From the NCBI GenBank assembly GCA_001642005.1, contig LWCA01000100.1, positions 1 to 55,419 of the forward strand: DNA of 55,419 nucleotides. The letters are read 5' to 3'. The notes below the pieces were generated by a model that was given only the letters and a program-made list of their open reading frames with translations, ran no database searches and was not told the DNA's origin. The translations under genes and the position numbers were made by a program. The stretch is from Intoshia linei. Lineage: Eukaryota; Animalia; Orthonectida. Positions 1-15,900 of the stretch are shown here, piece after piece. Position 1 is the first letter of the stretch. Each line of letters begins with the position of its first letter.

Positions 1-665
1 AAAATTTTTAATGCTTCTATATTATATATAAATAAAAATTTTTTATTTTTCCCGAGAAATCACTATCACTAACTGGATATAACTGTATCATCTGTAATTT
101 TTTTATAATTCTAGGACGAGTTTGAATTTAAAAAAAAATACAATTGAAGTTAACCTTGAAGGACTCAATTTCTGAAATTGAAATTTTCGATAAAACACCA
201 CTCTGGAAAAACTGTTATAATATGGAATCTGTAAAACTCGATTTCCCTTACTTTCTTAAATAAACTGGAACAAATAAATAAACAAATATACAAACATACA
301 CTTTTTAACCATTTAACTTTATATAAGTAAGGATTTTATCAACAAAAAATAACACATTGATATTGATATTGATGTCGAAACTGTATATTGATATATAATT
401 TTCAATGAGTAATATGAAACAGTTTCTTTTCAACAAGAAAATTTCTATTAGGTTTTATATTTGACAATTTAATTCATAGATCAGATTCTACCTTGATACG
501 ATTTCGCAATTTAGATTTGACATACTAACTGGGAAAAACATGTTGATATAAATATGTGGTAGAAAATGAAAGCAACTGTTTAAGGCCCAAATTTAAGTTA
601 TTTTTCACCGAGAATTCGCAACTTCGGGGTTTAAATTTTTTAGTTAGAACCGTTAATTATTTCAA

Positions 666-1217
666 CTATTTTGTTTTAATAAGATTCATAAAGTCTATTA
701 TTCAATTTATGGGGTAAAAAAATCAATAAATGAAATTTAAATGTAAAATAAAATAAAAAACTACCTGAATTCCAAAAATAAATAAACCAAATAGAGGTAG
801 TTGATAAAACTAACAAAATCTTGTTGGGTAAAACAAAGTTTTTATATATATTAAATAAAAACAACAAAATTGAAAGAATAATGCATATAATCTAAAAAAA
901 ATAAAAAAATGGAATAAAAAAATGTAAAAAACCTCAAATAGATTAAAACTGTGTCCATTGATTACAAGCAACAAATGATAAATACTATAAAAATATTCAC
1001 ATTTAAAATTGAGAATTTCGTCCATATTATAAACAAAAAAAATTAAAACGGATACAATAGCATAAAATTGTAAAAACCTAAAAAAATTAAATTTCACATA
1101 AACAAGGTCGATTTAAAAAAATTAGAAAAAATATTACTTTAGTTTGCACTTTTCCTTTTTAAAACGACGACAGCAAAAATCACTTTTACGCCGTTTAACA
1201 TAACTGTAGTATTTCAT
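666..1217 (-). CDS. Predicted small 3-TM membrane protein, about 126 aa, 4 exons (1138-1217, 933-1077, 765-891, 666-694), family unknown
   Basis: A 41-bp GT-AG intron (892-932) joins track ORFs 810..1097 and 676..867 in frame. An upstream ATG exon (MKYYSYVKRRKSDFCCRRFKKEKCKLK) splices in phase 2. The last exon is tentative. Confidence 0.55.
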
Positions 1218-1443
1218 ATATGCTTATCAGAGATATCATATAATCATGCAATCAAAAAATAAATTTTCATAAATTGAAACGATAAAACTAAAAATATGAA
1301 TCTAAATTAAAACGCAAAATATTCATCGATGAAATTGAAAATATACCTAGACAATTGTTTTAATGAATGATTCTTTATTTTATAAAATTTATTTACAAAA
1401 AAATCTATCAATAGTTTATTTTATATTTTAAATTAAATTGTAA

Positions 1444-2480
1444 ATGGAAGACTATAAAAATTATAAAAAAGATAGTATACCTCGTAGAAATTGTTCCGTT
1501 ACAGTAGACATTGGTAGGGTATTTGTATTTTTCCTTGTTATTCAAATTATAGTTGTACAATGTACATTCATTTTTTAATCAATTTTAGATAATATAGATA
1601 TGCATAAAATGCTACATTTACGAAAGTTACAGATGGAATTAACTGAATTTCATTTCAATGTAGACCTTGACAAGTTTTTTTTATGATCAATTTTAATTTA
1701 TTATTTTTAGTCGTAATCCAAATACTACTAATTTGCTACAACAAAAAGTAATATACAATTGTATTTGCAATTTATTTATAATTATTTGTTTAGTTGACAG
1801 AACTTTGTTCAAGCATGTAAAATTTACCTTTTTATATTTCTGGTTAATGGTGAAATGTAGATTATGTAAAGATTTAATGATCAGAAATTGGGTCTTTCAG
1901 GGAAAAAACCTAATTTGCCTTTTTTTATAAATAAAATAAGCTTTAAATTTTAAAAAACATAAATTCTGGGACGCGTTTTAAAATTTTTAATACTCTCGTA
2001 AATCTCAGCTTCAAAAATGTACATTTTCATGCTTAAAACCACAAATTACGCTTTGTTTTAAAAATGAAAAAAGTCCTTTAATTTTAAAAAAAATATACAA
2101 ATGTACTTAGTTTTTAATTTTATTTTTTTTAAAAAAAGTAAAATTTATTCCGATTCCTAAAAAATAATGATTTGCGCTTTCTAATTCCAAGGAATCGTCT
2201 CATCACTAGTTACAACCTTAAAAAATCGTCATATATAATATGAATTCCAGAAAAAATATATAATTTTGATGCTTGTTATTATATAAAAAATCAAAGTTAT
2301 TTTTTTGATCATTAAGGTGTATGTTTATCTTAGGTTAAGATTTACAAAAATATCAATTATTTTAAAACGTGTCATAAACTTTAGTATTATAATGTTTTTT
2401 TAAATTCTAGGATTGATTGATTTTATTTATTAATAATTTTATTATATATATATAGAAAATCAGATGAAATATTTAAGTAA
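1444..2480 (+). CDS. CCDC28-like (DUF4061) coiled-coil micro-protein, about 79 aa, 5 exons (1444-1513, 1589-1673, 1711-1747, 1794-1816, 2456-2480)
   Basis: Phase-consistent GT-AG introns of 75, 37, 46 and 639 bp. MHKMLHLRKLQMELTEFHFNVD...LLQQKLTELCSSI aligns by eye with the CCDC28 motifs MEQMEHVREMQEKLARLHFSLD...LLSNLEDLSNSI. Confidence 0.65.
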
Positions 2481-3032
2481 TTTGTATAATACACTTTTAT
2501 GTTGATTTTTTAATGTTTGCATTTAGACTTTAAATTAAAGTAGAAAAAGTTTACATATTTGTATTATTATTTACTGCATCTTATGAGATTAAACTTCAAA
2601 GCTACATTTAAAGACATTACTGTAGTTAAAAAAATAGAGACATAATTAACATTTTCAGTTTATTCTATTTGGAATTGTTGAAACACCTTTATGTAAATAT
2701 AGAAGCATCTGTTTTATCATGTGGTCTTTATATGTACTTTAGTAATGTTGATCCCTATCATGAATCATGTCGGCCTAATCATGAAATGTATGCATTCCAC
2801 GATAAAGCCATATAATGCAGTGGTTCTCAACCTTTTATATCTCACGACCCCTCCCTTTATTACGAACAAACGAAACTTTTTTTCGTATATCTTAAATATT
2901 AACTTTACTTGATTATATTGATCAATTCTTGTATTATAAAATAATTTTTGATAGATTAAAATAAATTTATTATATTACATGCTTTAAATAATTTTGAAAT
3001 CTTTTAAACCAAAAAAAAATTATTTGTAATTA

Positions 3033-3430
3033 TCCTTACTTATATAATATTCTATGCAATATTTGTTTGTGTGTGTTACCGTTTATTTCAATAACTATTA
3101 GTCTTAGAATTTTATAAAGTCCACATTTCAATTACACGTCCACGTTTTTACCGGGGTGTTAACCACATAAATTTTAACCTCACAAACTCACATGTTACTG
3201 GTCAAAGAGCCCAATTGTTCTTTTTTTTGAAAATCAAACGAGTTACAGAATTTAAAAAAATATATACTCTGATACGGATTTTAAAATCATAAATATTATC
3301 ATACATTTAAATTTAAACAAAATATATCTTCAGGACCAAAACCACAAATTACTTTTTTTTTAATGAAAACAGCTCTAAATTTTAAAAAAATTTACAGATG
3401 GTGCCGTTGTATCCTTTTAACACACACAAA
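3033..3430 (+). mobile_element. Non-autonomous Helitron, 5' fragment
   Basis: A|TCCTTACTTATATAAT start followed by a TGTT/TGTG microsatellite; homologous to copies at 51950 and 55067. Confidence 0.65.
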
Positions 3431-3710
3431 AAATGCTGCTCCTAAAATAGAACAATGGAGGTTTCCCAATAAGTTTTTATTTTTGTTAGTAATTTAATTT
3501 AATACCAAAGAATTTACTTATACATGATTTTCACGTTTTATATTAGTATTTCTGAGCCTTTATGTTTTAAAAACGACTTTATGTTACTGAAAATGTTTAT
3601 AATATGTAAATAATTTTGATGGACCCAGTTATGAATTGTTTATAGATAATTTGATTGTGAATAATTTTGATGTTTACATGATAATTTTCAATTATCTTAT
3701 TCATATTATT

Positions 3711-4125
3711 ATGCCTTTAATCGTATTATTAATTAAAGATAAATTGAAAATAATACAAGAAGTCGATCAAGGAACACCGGCATTAGATGTTGCATTAAAA
3801 TATGGAATTTCTAGACAAAAAGTATACAGCATTTGCCGAAATAAAAAAAAATTAATGGAATCTCCTGTGAACGTAAAAAACGAAAATGTTTACGAAATGG
3901 AGAAAACCATTTAATGGAGCAACAGCTGATGGAATGGTTTCAAAGTAAGAGAACAGAAAAAAGATCTGTTATATCCACCGAATTGCAAGCTAATGCTTTA
4001 AAAAATTAAATTTAACCACCTTTAAAGCTAGTTATGGCTGGTTAAATAATTTTAAAAAAAGATTTAATCTTCGATCCTTAAAAATAACTGGTGAAAAACT
4101 ATCTGCAAATTATTCATTAATGGGA
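3711..4125 (+). pseudogene. pogo/Tigger-like transposase remnant (HTH-psq and CENP-B-type HTH only)
   Basis: KLKIIQEVDQG...VALKYGISRQKVYSI, then a frameshift into MEQQLMEWFQSKR and FKASYGWLNNFKKRFNL. No DDE domain visible. Confidence 0.75.
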
Positions 4126-5144
4126 CATCTTCATGTTATAATAAAATGGAAGATCAAGAAACATTACAATATGAAGATGAGCCAAAATAAATAAATCATA
4201 TGATTCATTATGATATGTTTGAATAAAACTATATCCGATCTTAACCAAGAAAACTATGATTATTCCAATATTTACAAATTAAGAGATTATTCATAGAAAA
4301 TTAAACAACAAATCATAACAAATTTAATATAATTTCACATAATAAATACATTTAATTTTTTTACATGTAAATATAAATTGTTCCACGTTAACATTAATTT
4401 ATTGTAAAATTAAATTTTAAAATGTAATAATGTTCATTTTGATGTTAATATGAAAACATACATTTTCTATAAATAAGCTTGTTTCGACAATTTTTGTGTA
4501 AATAATTTCAACAATCGAAACATTACTGCATTACAATGCCTTGCAATATTGATAAAATTCAATTGAAATATCTTTATAAAGTGCTGATTGCGTTAATTAA
4601 AATTTGCACATTTAACGCCTTGAACTTTTATTTTTACCTAAAATCCAAATTTTGACCCAAGCATAGCTGATGTACTATCAATAAAAACACCGCATACATT
4701 GTTCAAATTTAAATTTCCTTCATTAAAAAGGCATCAATTTTTTTATAATTATCCATTGATTTTATAAGGAGTTGACTACCAAATAAGAATTCTTCCTTAA
4801 TTTCATTCAAATGAATTTACCTTACAAAAAATAAAACTAAAATAAATTAATTATTGATAAAAATTTGCGACCCCCTGAGAAATGCAACATACAATATATA
4901 CACCAATATAAACAATTAGCGCACTTACGGACATTAGTAAAAACAATTAATCAAATGAACAAAATAATGTAATTATAATAATAACGAAAACACAGAATGT
5001 ATGAATACTAATTGGATAAATTAATATCATTTTAATTAACCATTTTGTACAATTTAGGTGAGAAATGACTTAATCGTACAAATTGGAGACACAAAAATAT
5101 TTACTCCTGCAATGAAAAAAAATTCTAGCGTCATTTGGTTAATT

Positions 5145-5453
5145 CAGTGGCTTCTCAACATTTTACTGTTGCAAGTTGCAACGCTCCCAATATGTAAAAA
5201 ATTTTATTAAAACTTCACATCGATTTGTCCGAAAAATTTAACTGGAAATTTTCCAAAAAAATGTGTACCCAAATTTTTAAACATTAATAATGATTTATTA
5301 TATATTAAAATGACTAAAAAGCGTTTGGCGATTTGTTTGTTTAAAGTGTATGGATTTAAATTAATCACCCTGTATTTGTTATTAATTACTCAAGTTTTAT
5401 TCAACTTTTGAAATTAGTTAAAAATTCCTTGACGCACCGCTTGGGAACCACTG
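5145..5453. mobile_element. hAT MITE
   Basis: Degenerate TIRs CAGTGGCTTCTCAA / TTGGGAACCACTG; both flanks share GTTAAT (imperfect TSD). Confidence 0.5.
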
Positions 5454-5698
5454 GTTAATCTATGGTTGCAAAAAAAATAAAATTTACATTAACAATTGTA
5501 TTAGAATAAAACAATAATATTAGTGATAAAATAAACAATTTTAAATGATATATAAATACAATTAAAATTAATTCCAATAATGAATAAAAATACACTAATG
5601 ATTACTAATCAAATAATTATTACTATACCAATCAGTTGAAAATGTACAAAGTAAAATTATTTATATACAATATTAATATCAACACATGTCAATGAATA

Positions 5699-7096
5699 TC
5701 ATTCATTCATGCCTTTAGATCGTTTAAAGTTGGGGTTTACAACTTCGAAATAGTTGGACTAAAAATATTAAAATCAATTTAACATAAAAAAATAAAATAA
5801 CATTATCACTAAATCGCGTAAATGACAATTACAGTATTCTCTCGACAACTCGCCATTAATTTAAAATATAAATTAAAAGTTTTAAAATATTTTTCAAAAT
5901 AAGTTATTTTGTATTATAATTTACATTTTATTGCAACCTTTCATTTAAAGGTTTTATCTGCTGTTTCTATAGTTTTAAATTCTCTATCTCGCCAACTTTT
6001 TTTAAATCCCAAGAATGGCGAGTTATAGAGAATACTGTATTACATGTAATAATATTAAAACGAATACAATAAATCTTATTAATAAATAATTATAAATCTT
6101 ATGATGAGTCAGATATATCGAATATAATTATTATATCAATAATTGATAGATAAATTGAAAATTTGGTACAATTAAATACAATCAATGTTAATCCATACGC
6201 TAGAATATTGATAAATAGTGTAACATTTGTAACCTTTTCTACAAATTTAATATATCGTAACCAAACTGCAATAACTTAACTTGACCTTAAAACAAAAAAT
6301 AATATAGATTCTCGATAATGCAGTTTTATTAATATGGATTATCGAAATTTAAAATAATATATAATAGTAACAAAATAATATTTGTCAAATATAGTTTCAA
6401 TGAGACACTTGAACTTGCACCAATATCTTAATTATACAATTTAAAAAACGAGTCATTTATTTTTGTGTCGTTTGTGATCATTAACGGCTAATATTAAATA
6501 TTTAAAAAATAACAATTCCTAATCCAGCAAATTCGTATACTGTTTTATCACTAGTGTCAGGTTTGACAGTTTTAAAACGATTGTCTCTAAAAAAATAATG
6601 TATAAATAAATACTAATATTTTACGCATCACAAACTTTTTCTTGGAAAGATCGATACTTGTTTAATGGTCTTTTAGTTTTAGTATATTTAACAATTGGGG
6701 TTTGATCATTCACATTAGTTTTGCAACAAAATCTAACAATTTACATAAAGTTTAAAATGGCCAACGTTACCGGTAAATAACATATACCACAATAAATAGA
6801 ATTAAAAACATCATACTCACTCCAACTGCAATGATAATGGCTAAAAAATTAATTTCATTAGTTTCCAATAAAATTTACCAATATCCGTAATTTTCATTTG
6901 CACAGGTTCAATCAGTTCTTAAAGTTGTTTAAAAATCTTAAAATTTCATTAAAAACAAAATACCTGCTTTGGTAGATTTATTGGTATGCTCAGGTATGTT
7001 AAGTTGAACTGGAATCAAAAGAAATGATAAAACAGTGACAATCAGACATGAAAATGTTGATTTAAAATTAAAAAAAAACCAAACACTAGCACCCAT
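5699..7096 (-). CDS. Orphan single-pass membrane protein, about 151 aa, 6 exons (6964-7096, 6879-6917, 6771-6840, 6625-6732, 6541-6586, 5699-5758)
   Basis: Introns of 46, 38, 38 and 38 bp plus one long MITE-containing intron, all GT-AG and phase-consistent. Hydrophobic N-terminus, TM segment AIIIAVGVSMMFLILFIVVYVIY, then RFCCK and a tail ending YFEVVNPNFKRSKGMNE. The last exon is less certain. Confidence 0.75.
5832..6037. mobile_element. Tc1/pogo(Tigger)-type MITE
   Basis: About 25-bp TIRs CAGTATTCTCT..AACTCGCCATT / AATGGCGAGTTATAGAGAATACTG flanked by TA on both sides. Confidence 0.8.
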
Positions 7097-7494
7097 GTTC
7101 AAATTTTCTAGTTTGGTTCAAATATATTACAATCTAAACGTATCAAATTCACGTCAAGTATATAACTAATCAAAATACTATTTCTATATTAATTATCAGT
7201 AAATCCAATGTAAAGATTTGTTCTATTTACGTTAATATTGAGTCGAATCTCTAATTGATCAATCTATTTTTATTCACTGACATAACCAAGAGTAATTAAG
7301 TTGGATAAAAATAACATTACAAATTTTTGTATCGGATTTAAGACATCACCAATATTTAATTAAATTTATTATTGGAAATAACAATTAAAAATAAATAATT
7401 CAATAAGGTACTTGTATTGAACGACAGTCAAGTTACATATTAAAAATATATTATTATAATAAAATGAAATGTATTAAAAGTAATATCAAAGGAA

Positions 7495-12643
<5,149 letters not shown>

Positions 12644-12719
12644 TTTTAATATTCAAAAAATCAAAATTTTATAGTTTTTCGAAATATTCAGAGTAATATT
12701 AACCAGAGTTGACAAAAAT

Positions 12720-12793
12720 TTCAAATTGTTCAAATTTAGCGGATAAAACTAAAATTGAGCGAAATTAAATGTACGATTAAAAATTGCGCTAAA
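12720..12793 (-). promoter_or_regulatory. Candidate CDE/CHR- and E2F-like elements upstream of PLK1
   Basis: Minus strand TCCGC-TAAA-TTTGAA followed by a second TTTGAA, and TTTAGCGC, 80-150 bp upstream of the ATG. TTTGAA is common in AT-rich DNA. Confidence 0.3.
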
Positions 12794-12931
12794 ATGAAGT
12801 GATAATTGGTTGACTAGTGATAAAAATATTCCTAAATATGATAGCATTGCGTTAGAAAACTGGATTTAAAATATTTGATAAACAAATGGATAGAGATTAA
12901 ATGAAGACAAAATTGAATTTTTATATAATTT

Positions 12932-15900
12932 TTAATCGTTTTGTTTTTCAATTGTAGTCGTTTTGGCGGCAGCTTTTTTTGCTTCCTTTTCGGCTTTAAG
13001 TGCTGCAGCTTCCTTTTTGGCTACAATTGCTTTTTCAACTTTGATGTCATTTTCCATGTTGTAGATTCGGTTGTCAATCAAGTTGTTCAATGCAATTATC
13101 GTGCGTACCATTGAACTAATGTAAAGAGTCATTTTTTGGTCATTGGTTCGAACACACAATGCGTCGTTAAAATACTGCGGTTTGAAAGTTGGTATCAAGT
13201 TGAAGACATCCTGTAGTAAGTAAATTATTTCATACGATTGTTCTTTGCCATATTCAGTGACGTCTACAAGATATTCTACCAATGAGTCAATTTTATTTTT
13301 TAATCCGTCGAGACCTACAATTTGATGGTATATTCTTTCTTGTAGTGTCCCGTAGGGTGTAATCGTTTTCAAGTCTCTAAATATACAATAAGCTAGACAT
13401 TTCATTTATTTTAAAGTTGCACTAAAAAAATTAAAATTTGACATTCAATTTTGCTATTCAATAAATTTGACTGACACAGTAGTCAAGTAAGAGCTATCTA
13501 TCAACCAAATTTTCAAATAAAAAAAAAATTAATTAATTTACCTTAACAAATGTTCCACTCCTACTTCCTCAGCTTCCTCTGCATCAATTTGACAAGGAAG
13601 ATATTCCAAAGATTTTTTTGTAGATTTCCCGTCCTAATGTACATTTTCAAATTAAAGTCAATTTGGAAAAATTTAGGTTTCATTGTTTTAAAAATGTAAA
13701 TAGACTTTTAGGGTAAATTAATAAAATGAAATTAAAATACAGGGTGTAAAAAAATATAATTACCAATAAAAACATGTAAACTTTAAGGTATAACCTCAAT
13801 ACAATTTTTTAGAAAAAAATTAAAAAATTGATAGAGGGTTTCAAGGTAATGGAATTATCATAAAATTAATTTCGTTTACGCTCACAACCTTTAAATTAAA
13901 CTTTTTTATACATACAGTTTTTCAAAATAAATGAGCTAGAATTAATTTTAAAAAACATGTTCAACCCATCAAAAGAACAACCATAGAAATCAACCCATAT
14001 TATAAATAAAATACAATTGTTTTATATTTATCTTAACATTTTCGTATGTATTTAAATAATTACATTTGGGGTAAATGTTTATCGATGAAAAATTTTTTTG
14101 ATAAATGCTTAAAATGAGAAAATGTATACATGTGCAAAATTGATTTTTTTAATAAAAAAACATGGACACTCTATTGAACATAATGATAAAACTGAGTTTT
14201 TCAATATATCAAAAATTACATTTCGAACAGTTTCACGAACGTAAAATGCATGCGATGGTAAACAAGCTCCTTTAGGTATAGTGTCTACAACAAGTAAAAT
14301 CTAAAAACAAATTATTTAATAAAAAATCATAATAACCGGATCATCACAATAATTCATGATAGTTTCAGAAATTTCCAAATCCTAAATAAATATATAAATG
14401 AAACGGTTTTCAAATAAAGACAATTGTAAACCAAATGAATATGAGATTTAAAAGTTAAAAAAATATATTATACGAAATAAAATATAAATTATATTACATT
14501 TTATTTTTAAATTAGTTAAATCTAATTTAATGTACAATGACCGTTGCATGGTAAAACAAATTTAGAAATGACTGCTTTAAAAGGTTGGTAAAAGTGAATA
14601 TTAACATGTTTGGTTATTAATTAAAATTTCACCCTCGACAGAGCAAAGTACTGTTTGTACCAAGTACATAACAATCAAGGTAATATTATTATGATAAAAA
14701 TTGTAAATTTTTGATATTTCTTATCCTTTATCTGAAATTAAGGGTTAACCATTATACCGCCAAAATGTAATGTATATGTTCCCAAAATTGAACATGATTT
14801 TCAGGTATTATTTACAGTACATTGTTACTTGTTTACAATATATCTGTCAGATCAATATGAAATCTTTATTATCTATCCTCCCTTAGAAAATTAATATTTT
14901 ATATCCTTTGGTTCATTACAATCATAAATATTGATAGATTTGTGTCTCATTTAAATTGTAAAATTTATGTTTCAAAGTAGAACAGTGGATGAATCATTTA
15001 ATTTAATAATTTAATTGATTTTAATACTAGATTGACTGTTTTGTACTTCGTACAAACAGCACCTAGTTCTGCAGAGGGCGGATTTTTTAATTCTACCAAA
15101 AAAATAAATTGAAATTCTTGATATTTTATTATAATAGAATCTTATGATAATAAATAATACTATTCACTATTATCAATCCTTTAAAGAAGTAGTTCCCAAA
15201 CTAGTTTCACAGTGACTAAAATTTTAAATTGTGTACACCAAGACTGCGTAAATTTCTGAAGTTAAAATTTTGGATCAGTTATTAAGTTATATATTAATCA
15301 TAATAAGATGTATCAGAATAATTTTTCTTTAAATTCTATAACCATTTATTATTATTTCAAATTTTTGTTTTAATAAAATAGTTATTATCGATAAAATGCT
15401 CTTTTGTGAGGTTGCCATTTATGATACTGTATATGATTTTAAAAACTATTGCAGAATTTATGTTTTATAAAATTCTAGGACTTTATTCATTTTTACATAA
15501 CAGATTTATTATGGGCTTTGGCCGTAAAAATATCAGATTTTCAAATTGTATATTTTTTATAATTCTAGGAAAGGGTTACATTTAAAAACAAGGAAACTTG
15601 TCGTTTTTGACCTTGAAGGACTCAATTTCTGTAAAATTTCTTGCAATGTATAGACCTTCATTGCATTTTTTTTGAATTGTAGAATGAATATTTTCATTTT
15701 TAATCAAAACATTTGAAAAATATTGGTTGATAATATATTAAAAATTATTTTTCACCAAGATTGCGTAAATTTCTGATATTGAAATTTTGTATTTGTATCA
15801 ATTGGAATAAGCTGTATCTGAATAATCTTTTTTTTTATTGTAGGAGCGTTAATTATTTCAAATTTTTTGTTTTGATAAAATAGTTTTAAAATAAAAAAAA

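Larger units (their letters stand above)
2818..4880 (-). mobile_element. Decayed hAT (Charlie/Buster-type) transposon carrying nested Helitron and pogo fragments
   Basis: Left TIR CAGTGGTTCTCAACC at 2818. Minus-strand frameshifted remnant near 4600-4815 (EIKEEFLF...NVCGVFIDSTSAMLGSKFGF) resembles Buster/ZBED5-type transposase. Right end approximate. Confidence 0.6.
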
